Below, piece by piece: positions 9,592 through 20,563 of a DNA stretch of 64,000 nt. Within the stretch, counting starts at the first letter, position 1. Each line of letters starts with the position of its first letter. Under the pieces are notes generated by a model. The model had not been told where the DNA came from. It worked only from the letters and a program-made list of their open reading frames with translations, and did no database searches. The stretch is from Maricaulis salignorans (GTDB lineage: Bacteria > Pseudomonadota > Alphaproteobacteria > Sphingomonadales > Sphingomonadaceae), in the NCBI GenBank assembly GCA_943368745.1, contig CALRLP020000004.1, positions 17,617 through 81,616 of the forward strand, in the 5' to 3' direction. A program made the position numbers and the translations under genes.

Positions 9592-10626
9592 ATGGCAATC
9601 ATCCTTGGTCTTGAATCCAGCTGCGACGAAACCGCAGCGGCAATTGTGCGTTCCGACCGGACGATTTTGAGCCATGCCTTGGCTGGTCAGGAAGATCATC
9701 ACCGCGCATTCGGCGGCGTTGTTCCCGAAATCGCCGCCCGCGCGCATGCCGAGCTGATGACCCCCTTAGTGGAAACCGCGCTCGCGGATGCAGGCATGAC
9801 GTTAGATGATGTCGATGCCATTGCCGCAACCGCTGGCCCCGGCCTCATTGGCGGTGTCATGGTTGGACTTGTGACGGCAAAGGCGCTTGCCATGGCGTCG
9901 GGAAAGCCGCTGATCGCCGTCAATCATCTTGAAGGCCATGCGCTTTCGCCGCGGCTGGTCGATGCCGATCTCGCATTTCCCTATCTGCTTCTGCTGGTGT
10001 CAGGCGGCCATTGTCAGTTGCTGCGGGTCAATAACGTCGGCGACTATAACCGGCTGGCCACCACCATAGACGATGCGGTGGGCGAAGCGTTCGACAAAAC
10101 GGCGAAGATTTTGGGCCTCGGCTTTCCCGGTGGGCCAGCCGTCGAACGCGCAGCAGCGTTGGGCAACGCGAAAAACGTGCCGCTACCCCGCCCGTTAAAA
10201 GGCGCTGATGAACCGCATTTTTCCTTTGCTGGCCTGAAAAGCGCCGTGCTGCGCGCGCATGAGACTGGCCATTATAAAGTCGAAGATATTGCCGCATCGT
10301 TCCAGCAAGCCGTGATCGACTGCCTGTACGACCGGATACGCTATACGCTGGATCGTATTGATGCGCCGGCGGCGTTGGTTGTCGCGGGCGGCGTCGCGGC
10401 AAATGTGCCCATTCGCAATATGCTGGAGCAGCTTGCCGCAAGTCGCGGCATGCGTTTTGTTGCGCCGCCATTGTGGCTGTGCACCGACAATGGCGTGATG
10501 ATCGCATGGGCTGGCGCCGAGAGATTTGCGATGGGCCTGACCGATGGCCTTGATTTTGTGGCGCGGCCGCGCTGGCCGCTTGATCCCAACGCAGCACCCG
10601 CACGCGGTGCGGGCGTGAAAGCATGA
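9592..10626 (+). CDS. tsaD: tRNA N6-adenosine threonylcarbamoyltransferase
   Basis: [59 protein letters not shown]. Confidence 0.97.
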   Translation: MAIILGLESSCDETAAAIVRSDRTILSHALAGQEDHHRAFGGVVPEIAARAHAELMTPLVETALADAGMTLDDVDAIAATAGPGLIGGVMVGLVTAKALAMASGKPLIAVNHLEGHALSPRLVDADLAFPYLLLLVSGGHCQLLRVNNVGDYNRLATTIDDAVGEAFDKTAKILGLGFPGGPAVERAAALGNAKNVPLPRPLKGADEPHFSFAGLKSAVLRAHETGHYKVEDIAASFQQAVIDCLYDRIRYTLDRIDAPAALVVAGGVAANVPIRNMLEQLAASRGMRFVAPPLWLCTDNGVMIAWAGAERFAMGLTDGLDFVARPRWPLDPNAAPARGAGVKA

Positions 10627-11618
10627 ACCAGATGCAATATCCGGTTGGTATCATCGGTGGCGGCGCATGGGGCACCGCGCTGGCCGCCGTCATGGCACAA
10701 ATCCACGATCGCGTCCTCATCTGGGCCCGCGAAGAAGAGGCCGTGCACAGCATAAACAACCAGCACGAAAACAGCCTGTTTTTGCCGGGGACATCATTGT
10801 CGCCAAAAATTGAGGCGACAGCTGACCTCGCCCGCATGATCGCATGTGAAAATTTGCTCATCGTCACCCCTGCCCAGCATGTGCGCGCCACGCTGGCGGC
10901 GCTGCCAGATACACAGGCGCCGCTGATCCTGTGCGCAAAAGGCATTGAGGCCGATACCCAAATGCTGGTGTCCGATGTTGCGGCGGCAACGCGCCCGGGC
11001 AATCCGATAGCCGTGCTGTCAGGCCCCACATTTGCGCATGAGGTTGCTGCTGGAAAGCCCACAGCGGTCACGCTCGCGACCGCGGATCAGACGCTGGGTT
11101 CCGAATTGATGCGCCGCATCGCCACACCGTCTTTCCGTCCCTATTGGTCTGATGATGTTGTCGGCGCGGAAATTGGCGGCGCTGTCAAAAACGTGCTCGC
11201 AATCGCGTGCGGTGTCGTCGACGGCGCAGGCCTTGGTCTCAATGCCCGCGCTGCATTGATTGCGCGCGGTTTTGCCGAGATGCAGCGATACGGCCTTGCG
11301 CGCGGCGCAAAAGCCGAAACGCTAGCCGGGCTATCGGGATTGGGCGACTTGGTCCTGACGTGCAGCTCTGAAAATTCGCGGAATTTTTCCTTGGGTCGCG
11401 GCCTTGGACAAGGCCAATCATCTCAAACCCTGCTCGCAGACCGCAAGACGGTGGCCGAAGGCGCATATACCGCGCCGGTCCTATTACAGTCGGCAACCGC
11501 GCTTGATGTCGAAATGCCCATCGTAAGCGCGGTATGCGCATTGCTTTCGGGATCAGCGACCGTCGATGCCGTCGTGGCCGCATTGCTGGCACGCCCGCTC
11601 AAGTCCGAAAGCTGGTAA
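10623..11618 (+). CDS. gpsA: NAD(P)H-dependent glycerol-3-phosphate dehydrogenase
   Basis: [49 protein letters not shown]. Confidence 0.95.
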   Translation: MNQMQYPVGIIGGGAWGTALAAVMAQIHDRVLIWAREEEAVHSINNQHENSLFLPGTSLSPKIEATADLARMIACENLLIVTPAQHVRATLAALPDTQAPLILCAKGIEADTQMLVSDVAAATRPGNPIAVLSGPTFAHEVAAGKPTAVTLATADQTLGSELMRRIATPSFRPYWSDDVVGAEIGGAVKNVLAIACGVVDGAGLGLNARAALIARGFAEMQRYGLARGAKAETLAGLSGLGDLVLTCSSENSRNFSLGRGLGQGQSSQTLLADRKTVAEGAYTAPVLLQSATALDVEMPIVSAVCALLSGSATVDAVVAALLARPLKSESW

Positions 11619-11659
11619 CGGCGGACCTAATCCGCTAGCGTACCAAAAAAGGCGATCCA

Positions 11660-13156
11660 TTGACTGCAGCCAGAACCGACGAAGAAGACATTCAGGCACT
11701 CGCAAAAGGCGGGCGGACGAATGTGTTTGGTTTTCTTTTGCGGTTGGCCGCCCGTATCCCATTCTTGTTTATCGCGGGCAGACTTTATGGTCCGGAAGCG
11801 CTTGGCCGCTTTGCCTATGCCATATTGATTATCGAATTTGCCGCGCAGCTTGCCTCACTTGGCCTGCGCCGCGGGCTGGCGGAATTGCTTGCGAAGGATG
11901 ACCGCCCGCATGCCCACATGATTGCAGATGCCCTTTTCGCGGCGATGGCAGCATCAGCGGTCGGCGCTGCATTTTTGATCATGCTGCCCGAGCTGATGTT
12001 TCCCAACAGCGGCATTAACGGGCTCGACCGGTTTCTGCCGCTCGCCATTTTTGCCATTGTCGCAACGGACATTGCCTTGTCCGCTTTGGCCTATAAATTC
12101 GATATTGCATCGACCGTGCGGGCACGCGCCATCGTTGAACCGTGGACAATCAGCATCGCGGCAGGCGCGCTCTATTTCTATTCCGCGCGTGATGGGCTGA
12201 TCCTGTCCTACGTCGCGTCGCTGGCAGCTGCATTGTTGTTTGCCCTATGGCCTTTGTGGCGCAGCTATGGCTTTGCGTGGGGATGGCGGCCAAGTGTGCA
12301 GCGTTCTTTGGTGATTGCCCAACGCAACCTGCCATTGGCCGCAGCGGACGCCGCAGAATGGGGCAGCAGGCGGCTGGACCTTGCCATATTGGGCCTGTTT
12401 GCATCGCCCGCAGTGGTGGGTATTTATTATGTCGCGCAACAGGTGGCGAGCCTGCCACAGAAGCTTAAAACCAGCTTTGACCCGATATTGGGCCCCGTAA
12501 TCACGCGCAATTTACAGACCCGCAATTATGCCGAAATCGCCAAACAGGTCGGCCAGGTTGGTTTCTGGATTATCGCGGCGCAGGCCGGAATTGCACTGGC
12601 GCTTGGTATCCCTGGTGAAGCGGTCATGGGATTGATGGGTCCCGAATTTGTCGGCGGAGCAGCGGCGCTTGCCTTTTTGCTAGCGGCGGAAGTGGCGGCG
12701 GCCACGGCGGTCGTCAGCGAATCCGCTTTGGTATATATGGCCCGTCACCGGAACCTGCTGATTTCAATCGGGATGTTGGCCGTGCAAACTTTGGTGAGCG
12801 TCGGTCTTATCATGCTGGTCGATGATATTCCCGTTAAGCCCGAATATGTCGGCCTGTGTCAGGCAGCAGCCGTTGCCTGCGGGCTGATGATATCGCTGGG
12901 TATTGGCTCGCTCATCAAATCGCGATTGCTGTCACGGCTATTGGGACAGCCCATCCGTGTGTGGCGTTGGGCATTGCTGACTGCTGTTGCTGCAGCCGCA
13001 TTGCTCGGCATGGCGATCGTCAGCGTCCCTGCCCGTCTGGAATGGGTGGAACTGGCGATTGGCGTGCCTGCAATCCTTGGCCTTTATGGCTGGATTATCT
13101 GGCGCTGGGGCTTTGGCCCGGAAGACCGGGTGCTGTTCCGCAAGAAAAAGGATTAA
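11660..13156 (+). CDS. MOP-superfamily oligosaccharide flippase-like membrane protein
   Basis: Many TM segments, LGPEALG-type first loop, VVGIYYVAQQ motif; TTG start. Confidence 0.7.
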   Translation: MTAARTDEEDIQALAKGGRTNVFGFLLRLAARIPFLFIAGRLYGPEALGRFAYAILIIEFAAQLASLGLRRGLAELLAKDDRPHAHMIADALFAAMAASAVGAAFLIMLPELMFPNSGINGLDRFLPLAIFAIVATDIALSALAYKFDIASTVRARAIVEPWTISIAAGALYFYSARDGLILSYVASLAAALLFALWPLWRSYGFAWGWRPSVQRSLVIAQRNLPLAAADAAEWGSRRLDLAILGLFASPAVVGIYYVAQQVASLPQKLKTSFDPILGPVITRNLQTRNYAEIAKQVGQVGFWIIAAQAGIALALGIPGEAVMGLMGPEFVGGAAALAFLLAAEVAAATAVVSESALVYMARHRNLLISIGMLAVQTLVSVGLIMLVDDIPVKPEYVGLCQAAAVACGLMISLGIGSLIKSRLLSRLLGQPIRVWRWALLTAVAAAALLGMAIVSVPARLEWVELAIGVPAILGLYGWIIWRWGFGPEDRVLFRKKKD

Positions 13157-14148
13157 GCCAGACGCTTTGCAACAAGCGTTGCGATATCCGCTTCTGGCCG
13201 CGCGCCATAATGCGAAATAATCTCGGCAGCGCAAACGGCGCCCATGACAAGGCATTCGGCCATCGGGCGGCCCTGCGCTATCCCTGCAAACACACCTGAT
13301 GCGAACAAGTCACCTGCGCCTGTTGTGTCGACCAATTGGGCGACAGGTTCTGCGCCGACTTCGGTACGCACGCCATTTTCGATGGCGATGGCGCCATGTT
13401 CGCCGCGCGTGCAGACCAACAACGGAACCTTCGCCGCGATTGCCGCGACCGATGCTTCAAAATCATCGCTGTTGTTGAGCGCACAAATTTCGACTTCGTT
13501 CGCAAACAATATGTCGATGCGACCGGCTTCCATTTCAGCCAAAAAGTCTGGTCCATGGCGCGAAATGACAAATGCATCGGACAATGTCAGCGCAACCTTG
13601 CGACCAGCGGCACGCGCAACATCGATGGCGGTGCGCATCGCGGCACGTGGTTCCTCAGGGTCCCACAAATAGCCTTCCAGATACAATATCGCCGCGCTTT
13701 CGATCAGCGACTTGTCGATCAGCGTGGCAGGCAGAAATTGCGACGCGCCCAAAAAGGTATTCATCGTCCGCTGCGCATCGGGTGTGACGAGAATGTAGCA
13801 ACGTGCGGTCGAAGGTGCGCCATCACGTGCAGGAACATCGAAATGGATACCGCCTGAACGAATGTCATGTGCGAACACTTCGCCAAGCTGGTCATTTGCC
13901 ACTTGCCCGATAAATGCTGTTTTATGTCCAAGTTGTGCAAGGCCGGCCAAGGTATTGGCGGCAGAACCACCGCTGATTTCACGCGCAGGCCCCATATGCG
14001 CATATAATGCTTGCGCACGTTCCTCATCAATCAGCTGCATGCTGCCTTTGGTCAGGCCTTCGCTGTCGATAAACGCATCGTCGGTGTTGGCAATGATATC
14101 AACAATTGCGTTGCCAATGGCGAGGACGTCGAAGCGGCTGTCAGTCAT
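13153..14148 (-). CDS. PfkB-family carbohydrate/adenosine kinase
   Basis: IGNAIVD, GGSAANT, RTMNTFLGA, DTTGAGDLF motifs. Confidence 0.9.
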   Translation of the reverse strand: MTDSRFDVLAIGNAIVDIIANTDDAFIDSEGLTKGSMQLIDEERAQALYAHMGPAREISGGSAANTLAGLAQLGHKTAFIGQVANDQLGEVFAHDIRSGGIHFDVPARDGAPSTARCYILVTPDAQRTMNTFLGASQFLPATLIDKSLIESAAILYLEGYLWDPEEPRAAMRTAIDVARAAGRKVALTLSDAFVISRHGPDFLAEMEAGRIDILFANEVEICALNNSDDFEASVAAIAAKVPLLVCTRGEHGAIAIENGVRTEVGAEPVAQLVDTTGAGDLFASGVFAGIAQGRPMAECLVMGAVCAAEIISHYGARPEADIATLVAKRLA

Positions 14149-14222
14149 GAATTTTCCTATAATTAAGCTTGCCGCGCCCTACTGGGGTTGGACATTTCGG
14201 GCAAGCGCTTTAGAACAGCAGC

Positions 14223-14888
14223 ATGATACAAGCGCTCTTGCTTTCGTTCCAAAGCCTTTCGGACAGGCGCGTGGCAATGCTGCTGATCAAAGTGGTGTTG
14301 TGCACCTTTGCCAGCTTCCTTTTATTGGGCGTCGGCATGTGGTTTGCGCTCGACTGGCTTTTTGCGTGGCTCAACATTCAAAACGGCGAATATCTGTCGA
14401 CCTTCTTGTCGCTCGCCATCATCCCGATTTCGGCGTTTCTGCTGTTCCGGGTGGTCGCCGTCGCAATCACGTGGATTTTTGCCGACGATATTATCGATGC
14501 GGTTGAAGACCGATATTATCCCCGGCAAGCCGCGTTTGGAAAGCGTCCGGGCTTTGGCGCTGGCGTGCATATGGCGGTACGATCAATCGCGCGGGTAGTT
14601 GGGTACAACCTCCTCGCCTTGCCGCTGTATATTGTTTTGCTGGTGACGGGCGTTGCCACGGCGATTGCCTTCATGCTCCTCAACGCGCTCCTTTTGGGCA
14701 AGGATTTGGAAGATATGCTGATTGCCCGCCATGGCGCATCGCAAGGCAGCATCCCGAAAATGCCGCGCCTCTTGCTTGGTTTCATTGGCACCGTTGGCAT
14801 GCTGATCCCATTTTTCAACCTGCTGGTGCCCGTGCTTGCTACCGCAATGGCCGTGCACATGGTCCATTCAGGAAACAGAGCGATATGA
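14223..14888 (+). CDS. EI24/CysZ-like membrane protein
   Basis: Several TM helices; FADDIIDAVE and LIPFFNLLVPV motifs. Confidence 0.7.
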   Translation: MIQALLLSFQSLSDRRVAMLLIKVVLCTFASFLLLGVGMWFALDWLFAWLNIQNGEYLSTFLSLAIIPISAFLLFRVVAVAITWIFADDIIDAVEDRYYPRQAAFGKRPGFGAGVHMAVRSIARVVGYNLLALPLYIVLLVTGVATAIAFMLLNALLLGKDLEDMLIARHGASQGSIPKMPRLLLGFIGTVGMLIPFFNLLVPVLATAMAVHMVHSGNRAI

Positions 14889-15277
14889 AACACGCCATAA
14901 ACGCATGCGCACTCGCTTTGATTTTTGCAGGCTTTGTATCTGCGCCTGCTGCACGCGCGCAAACACGCCAGCCAGCACCGGTACAACGCACTGCGCCGGC
15001 CGTTCCTGTTCGCCCTGCTATGGGACCAAAAGGCCTAGAGGCAGTCATGGGCAAGGATGTCGCCACTTTGAAACGCCTTTTTGGCGAACCACGGCTTGAT
15101 GTCATTGAGGTTCATGGCCGCAAGCTGCAATTTGTCGGAAAAGCCTGCGTCCTTGATGCGTACCTCTATCCCGACGGCAAGGGCCGGACCGAAGTTGTGA
15201 CGTATGTCGACGCGCGACGCAGTGATGGCGCTGCGGTGGACCGCGCATCCTGCATTGATGCCTTGCAACGCCGCTGA
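14885..15277 (+). CDS. Hypothetical exported protein
   Basis: Signal peptide, overlaps upstream stop (ATGA); FGEPRLD...CVLDAYLY...C pattern. Confidence 0.7.
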   Translation: MKHAINACALALIFAGFVSAPAARAQTRQPAPVQRTAPAVPVRPAMGPKGLEAVMGKDVATLKRLFGEPRLDVIEVHGRKLQFVGKACVLDAYLYPDGKGRTEVVTYVDARRSDGAAVDRASCIDALQRR

Positions 15278-15290
15278 CTAGGGTCAGGAC

Positions 15291-16415
15291 CTAACTAAGC
15301 GTCCATTCGGCACGAACCGACGGGTCCAGTTCGTCAGCGAACCGCACCTGCTTTTCACGCGCAAATATCTCGGGCGACAACCGCGACATCGCCCAGATCG
15401 CGGCTCCACGGACGACCGGAGACGCGTCTTCGATGAGCATCTCGACCGCGGGCAGCACGCCAAGGTCACGGCCATTGCCAGCGGCGATCAACACATTGCG
15501 CACAAAGCGGTCGCGGCCAATGCGCTTGACGGGCGAGCCGGAAAAAAGCGCACGAAACTGCGCATCATCCAAAGTCAAAAGGTCGCCAATGCGCGGCGCG
15601 ACCAACGCTTCGCGGGGCAAAAATGCCTTATGTGCTGCGGCGGTCTCGGCAAATTTGTTCCACGGGCACACCGCCAGACAATCATCGCAGCCATAAATGT
15701 GATTGCCCATTAAAGGGCGCAGTTCGCGGTCGATGGGGCCCTTATGTTCAATAGTGAGATACGAAATGCATCGGCGCGCATCGACTTGGTAGGGCGCCGG
15801 AAAGGCATTGGTTGGGCAAATGTCCTGACACGCCCGGCACGAACCGCATGTGTCGGTCGCGGGAACCGAAGGCGCGAGCTCTGCAGTCGTATAAATCGCC
15901 CCAAGGAACAGCCAGCTGCCATGTTCTTTGCTGACGATGTTGCTGTGCTTGCCTTGCCAGCCAAGTCCCGCGACCTCAGCCAGCGCCTTTTCCATAACCG
16001 GCGCGGTATCAACGAACACTTTGACCCCGACCTCTGCCGAATGGGCCAGCCAGCTGGCGAGCCGCTTGAGCGCGCCTTTGACGACATCATGATAGTCGCG
16101 CCCTTGCGCATAGACCGATATGCGCGCCTTTGTGTCATCGCCCGCAAGCGCCATTGGGTCATGCGGCGGCGCGTAGCTCATCCCCAGCATGATGACTGAT
16201 TTTACTTCGGGCCATAAAATATCGGGATTGGCACGCTCATCGACGCGGTTTTCCATCCACAACATGTCGCCATGGCGACCTTCCTCGATCCATTGGCGCA
16301 GCCGCAGCCCTGCGCGCGGCGCAAGATGACCCGGCGCAATCCCAAAAGCGACAAAGCCCTCACTCTGCGCCTTGGCCTGCAATTCGTTAACTATATTTGT
16401 GTTGTTTCTTTTCAC
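15291..16415 (-). CDS. queG: Epoxyqueuosine reductase
   Basis: YAQGRDYH, VDTAPVMEK, CGSCRACQDICP, CISYLTIE, IYGCDDCLAVCPWN. Confidence 0.95.
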   Translation of the reverse strand: MKRNNTNIVNELQAKAQSEGFVAFGIAPGHLAPRAGLRLRQWIEEGRHGDMLWMENRVDERANPDILWPEVKSVIMLGMSYAPPHDPMALAGDDTKARISVYAQGRDYHDVVKGALKRLASWLAHSAEVGVKVFVDTAPVMEKALAEVAGLGWQGKHSNIVSKEHGSWLFLGAIYTTAELAPSVPATDTCGSCRACQDICPTNAFPAPYQVDARRCISYLTIEHKGPIDRELRPLMGNHIYGCDDCLAVCPWNKFAETAAAHKAFLPREALVAPRIGDLLTLDDAQFRALFSGSPVKRIGRDRFVRNVLIAAGNGRDLGVLPAVEMLIEDASPVVRGAAIWAMSRLSPEIFAREKQVRFADELDPSVRAEWTLS

Positions 16416-16461
16416 GCGCCAACCTTATTCAGAACCGACCATCTCTCCGGGGCAATTCAGT

Positions 16462-17394
16462 ATGTACGCAATAGAGGCAAAGGGACTCGTAAAGCAATTC
16501 GATGGCTTTCGTGCCGTCGATGGGGTCGACCTGAACATTCCGGAGGGCAGCATTTTTGGCATTTTGGGCCCGAATGGCGCTGGCAAGACGACCATGTTGC
16601 GCACTTTGCTTGGCATCATTGATCCGGATGCCGGAACCCGCAGCCTGCTGGGTTCGGACCGCCCGATAACACAGTCCCGTAATGTCGGATATTTGCCCGA
16701 AGAACGCGGCCTGTATCAATCAATGCGCGCGGTTGACACAATTGCATTCATGGGCGCGCTGCGCGGGCTATCGTTGAAAGAGGGTGCGAAAAAAGGGCGG
16801 GCTTTACTCGAAGAAGCTGGCCTTGGATATGCCGCGGACCGCCAGATTAGGCAACTTTCCAAAGGGATGGCCCAGACGGTGCAACTGATGGGCACAATCG
16901 TTCACGACCCAAAGCTGATCGTACTCGATGAACCTTTTTCGGGGCTGGATGCGCTCAATCAAGCCAAGCTTGAAAAGATGATCCACGCGCAAGCCGCCAA
17001 AGGTGTGACGGTGATTTTCTCCACCCATGTCATCGCGCATGCCGAACGGTTGTGCGAACGCATCGCCATTATCGCCAAGGGTAAAATCAGTTTCGACGGG
17101 TTGGTATCCGAAGCACGTGACCGCCTGCGGCCACAGGTGCATCTGGAAACCGAAACGTTGGACGGGCCATGGCGATCCGCGCTGCCCCCTGAAACCAAAG
17201 CAGAAGGGCATTGGTGGCATTTCACCTTGCCCGAAACCGGGGTGGAACCGCTGCTGACGGCGCTGGTCGAGGGCAAGGCGGGCGTCAAATCCCTGTCGAT
17301 CGAAAGGCCGGGACTGCACGATGCGTTCGTGGCCATCGCTGGTGAAGCGGTCGCTGCGGAAATGGATGACGCGCATGTGGGAGAAGCAAAATGA
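16462..17394 (+). CDS. ABC-2 type exporter ATP-binding subunit
   Basis: Walker A GPNGAGKTT, LSKGM signature, LDEPFSGLD. Confidence 0.92.
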   Translation: MYAIEAKGLVKQFDGFRAVDGVDLNIPEGSIFGILGPNGAGKTTMLRTLLGIIDPDAGTRSLLGSDRPITQSRNVGYLPEERGLYQSMRAVDTIAFMGALRGLSLKEGAKKGRALLEEAGLGYAADRQIRQLSKGMAQTVQLMGTIVHDPKLIVLDEPFSGLDALNQAKLEKMIHAQAAKGVTVIFSTHVIAHAERLCERIAIIAKGKISFDGLVSEARDRLRPQVHLETETLDGPWRSALPPETKAEGHWWHFTLPETGVEPLLTALVEGKAGVKSLSIERPGLHDAFVAIAGEAVAAEMDDAHVGEAK

Positions 17395-18617
17395 AGGAAA
17401 TTATCCGCGCCGCCTTCGTCATTGCCCGTCGTGATTTTACGGCGATCATCTATTCCAAGGCCTTTATCTTCTTCCTGCTTGGACCTTTCTTCCCTGTGTT
17501 GGTCGGATTTGCGGCGGGTAATGTGGGTGGGCAAATCGCCAAAGACGTGTCGCAACCCGTTGTCGGTATTGCCTTGGCCAAAGAGGAGGCCGGGCAAATC
17601 CTGTCTGCCCGCGAGTCGCTTTCCAAGACATTGGGGGGCAGCTATTTCGCTCGCATGATCGTCGTCGGCGACCCTGCGGCGGATCAAAAAGCACCGCAAA
17701 GCTATCTTGCGAAAAAGACCGACAATCTCAGCGTTGTCGTCACCGGCACGCTGGCGAAACCCGTGATAACGGGCACAGCCAACGCCATTGAACGCGAACG
17801 CGCCGACATTGAATTGTTGGCAGGCTATGCGCAAAGCGGCGGTATGATGACGCTGCCGCGTTCGACACCCAATATTGTTGTCGAGTCGGCTAACAACGAC
17901 AAGAAGCTGCGCACCGTAACCGCGCAGGGTGGGCAGATACTCGTTTTCTTCCTGACAATGTTGCTTGCGGGCATGGTCCTGTCCAATCTGGTGGAGGAGA
18001 AATCGAACAAGATTATCGAAATTCTCGCCGCCTCCATTCCCATGGAATCGGTGTTCCTGGGTAAATTATTCGCGATGCTTAGCATGGCCTTGCTGGGCCT
18101 ATTGGTGTGGACAAGCGTTGGGTTGATCGGTTTTGCCGCGATTAGGCCGGATTTGCCCACTTACCCCATGCCGGCGGTTGGCTGGCCCATGTTCATTGGG
18201 CTGTGTTTCACCTATTTCATCATGACCTATTTGATGCTGGGCGCGCTTTTCCTCGGGATTGGCGCAATGGCGGCCACGGTGCGTGAGGTGCAGACCATTT
18301 CCATGCCCGTCACCATGGCGCAGCTGATCAATTTCTTCTTCGCCTCTTATGCCCTGACCAAAACAGGCGAACCGATCGAAAAATTTGCTGCCATTTTCCC
18401 ATTCAGTTCGCCCTTTGCGATGATTGGACGCGCTGCGCTTGAGCCGGTTTTGTGGCATCATGCCGTCGCGATTATCGGCCAGGTCTTGTTTGCGATATTG
18501 TTGCTGCGGCTGGGCGTATATCTTTTCAAGAAAAACGTCATGAAATCAGGAAGTGCTGGCCGCGCCAAGGATGACGGTGCGCGGCGGTTGTTCGGCTTCA
18601 TCAAAATGCCGGGATGA
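17391..18617 (+). CDS. ABC-2 type exporter permease (NatB-like)
   Basis: TM helices and VEEKSNKIIEIL motif; overlaps ATPase stop. Confidence 0.88.
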   Translation: MKEIIRAAFVIARRDFTAIIYSKAFIFFLLGPFFPVLVGFAAGNVGGQIAKDVSQPVVGIALAKEEAGQILSARESLSKTLGGSYFARMIVVGDPAADQKAPQSYLAKKTDNLSVVVTGTLAKPVITGTANAIERERADIELLAGYAQSGGMMTLPRSTPNIVVESANNDKKLRTVTAQGGQILVFFLTMLLAGMVLSNLVEEKSNKIIEILAASIPMESVFLGKLFAMLSMALLGLLVWTSVGLIGFAAIRPDLPTYPMPAVGWPMFIGLCFTYFIMTYLMLGALFLGIGAMAATVREVQTISMPVTMAQLINFFFASYALTKTGEPIEKFAAIFPFSSPFAMIGRAALEPVLWHHAVAIIGQVLFAILLLRLGVYLFKKNVMKSGSAGRAKDDGARRLFGFIKMPG

Positions 18618-18647
18618 ATGCGTCGTCATCTTTAATAGGTTGCGGTT

Positions 18648-18687
18648 CGAAACTGGATTGACATTTCTGTCAGTAGTGGCAGTTTCG
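18648..18687. promoter_or_regulatory. Nested palindrome over the -35 box of the P450 gene (candidate repressor operator)
   Basis: TGACA-N4-TGTCA (18659-18672) overlapping TTGACA, enclosed by CGAAACTG/CAGTTTCG. Confidence 0.5.
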
Positions 18688-18709
18688 GTGCTGAGAGGAG
18701 TCGAGAACA

Positions 18710-19990
18710 ATGGCAACTGCCCCCCTAATCGAAAGCGATTCACTGCCTTGGGAAATGAACAAGGCACCACATCATTGGGACGTCACAAAGCCCGATATTT
18801 ACACTGAGGATCGCTGGCACCCCATCTTTAAAGAGATGCGCGAAAAAGCGCCGATCAACAAGATTGAGGGCTCCGATTTCGGCAGCTATTGGAATGTCAC
18901 GACGCTCAAAGCCATTCAACATGTCGAAGCGCTTCCCGACATTTATTCATCGTCATTCGAACATGGTGGCATCACCTTAATCGACGACGATGCGCTCGCC
19001 GAGCCAATCCCCGAAGACCAAAGAATCATCATGCCGATGTTCATTGCGATGGACCGGCCCAAGCACACCGAAGAACGTCGCGTCATTGCACCGGCCTTCA
19101 CACCGGGCGAAATGGACCGCATGTCGGGCGATATCCGGCGTCGCACGGGCGAGCTTTTGGACTCGCTTCCAGTTGGCAAAACCTTTGACTGGGTCGACTT
19201 GGTATCCATCGAACTGACCACGCAGATGTTGGCGTTGCTTTTCGATTTCCCATGGGAAGACCGCCGCAAGTTGACCGAATGGTCCGATTGGGCGGGCGAC
19301 ATCGAACTCGTCCGTTGCGAAGACACACGGCAGGCGCGACTTGCCAAAATGTTTGAAATGGGCGCCTATTTCCAGAATCTGTGGGACGAACGCAAAAATC
19401 GCGGCGAAGCGCCCGACCTTATCAGCCGCATGATCCATTCGCCGATGAAGGACATGAGCCAGTTTGAATATATGGGTAACCTCATTCTGCTCATCGTGGG
19501 CGGAAACGACACGACCCGCAATTCGATGTCGGGTTATGCTTATGGACTGAACAGCTTCCCCGACGAGCGCGAAAAGCTGGAGAAAAATCCCCAGTTCATC
19601 ACCAACGCCGTCAGCGAAATCATTCGTTGGCAGACGCCTTTGGCGCATATGCGGCGCACCGCCCTGCAGGACCATGACCTGTTCGGCGCGCCCATCAAGG
19701 CCGGCGACAAGATCGGCATGTGGTACCTGTCGGCCAACCGGGATGAGACCGTGTTCGATAATCCCGACAAGTTGATTGTCGATCGTGAGAACGCGCGTCG
19801 CCATTTGGCGTTTGGATATGGCATCCACCGTTGCGTCGGCGCGCGATTGGCCGAATTGCAAATCCGCATTTTGCTTGAAGAAATGGCAGTGCGCCGCCTG
19901 CGACCCAATGTGGTGGCAGAACCAGAGCGCGTGGCTGGCTGCTTCGTCCACGGCTATCGCAAGATGGATGTCGAACTGTCGCGCTATTGA
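18710..19990 (+). CDS. Cytochrome P450, CYP153-like
   Basis: MFIAMDRPKH, LLIVGGNDTTRNS I-helix, EIIRWQTP, HLAFGYGIHRCVG heme loop. Confidence 0.9.
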   Translation: MATAPLIESDSLPWEMNKAPHHWDVTKPDIYTEDRWHPIFKEMREKAPINKIEGSDFGSYWNVTTLKAIQHVEALPDIYSSSFEHGGITLIDDDALAEPIPEDQRIIMPMFIAMDRPKHTEERRVIAPAFTPGEMDRMSGDIRRRTGELLDSLPVGKTFDWVDLVSIELTTQMLALLFDFPWEDRRKLTEWSDWAGDIELVRCEDTRQARLAKMFEMGAYFQNLWDERKNRGEAPDLISRMIHSPMKDMSQFEYMGNLILLIVGGNDTTRNSMSGYAYGLNSFPDEREKLEKNPQFITNAVSEIIRWQTPLAHMRRTALQDHDLFGAPIKAGDKIGMWYLSANRDETVFDNPDKLIVDRENARRHLAFGYGIHRCVGARLAELQIRILLEEMAVRRLRPNVVAEPERVAGCFVHGYRKMDVELSRY

Positions 19991-20050
19991 TATGAGAGCT
20001 TTGGGACGTTTCCGGTATATGCATAGCCGGAGCGTCTAAAGGAACATGTC

Positions 20051-20533
20051 ATGCAGCCAAGCAAACGCAAATTTCTGTCACTCGCAAGTGCAGGCGCTGC
20101 AGTACTGGTTTTTGGCTGCGGCAAAAGTGCAACCGCCAAAACGCGCTATGCGGTGACATATAGCGACGCTGAATGGAAAAAGCGCTTGTCGCCTGCTGCA
20201 TACAGCGTGTTGCGCCGCGAAGATACAGAACGGCCATATACGAGCCCGCTTAACAGCGAAAAGCGCAAGGGCACGTTCGTCTGCGCTGGCTGTAACCAGC
20301 GGCTGTTTGCGTCGGCTACCAAGTTTGAAAGCGGAACGGGCTGGCCAAGTTTCTATGCGCCACTGGCCGGCGGCATAGGCACCAAAACCGACTATAAAAT
20401 CGGCGTGCCACGCACCGAAGTGCATTGCTCGCGCTGCGGCGGACATCTTGGCCATGTATTTAACGATGGCCCAAAGCCGACCGGCAAACGCTATTGCATG
20501 AATGGCGTCGCGATGAAGTTTATCCCCGGATAA
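20051..20533 (+). CDS. msrB: Peptide-methionine (R)-S-oxide reductase, Tat-type signal
   Basis: KFESGTGWPSFY, RTEVHCSRCGGHLGHVFNDGP, RYCMNG; N-terminal KRKFL. Confidence 0.95.
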   Translation: MQPSKRKFLSLASAGAAVLVFGCGKSATAKTRYAVTYSDAEWKKRLSPAAYSVLRREDTERPYTSPLNSEKRKGTFVCAGCNQRLFASATKFESGTGWPSFYAPLAGGIGTKTDYKIGVPRTEVHCSRCGGHLGHVFNDGPKPTGKRYCMNGVAMKFIPG

Positions 20534-20563
20534 TCCGTCCAGCGCGCGATGCGCCAACGGACC

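Noticed and set aside
10028-11071. Long antisense ORFs in the track (also 18977-19951, 31981-32676, 39666-40256, 51731-52486, 59909-60589)
   Set aside because: They overlap well-supported genes on the opposite strand and have no motifs; expected in GC-rich DNA.
15278-15293. CTA-GGGTCAGGAC-CTA, resembling an IS5-like end or excision footprint
   Set aside because: Ten bases with no partner repeat or transposase in the window; indistinguishable from chance.
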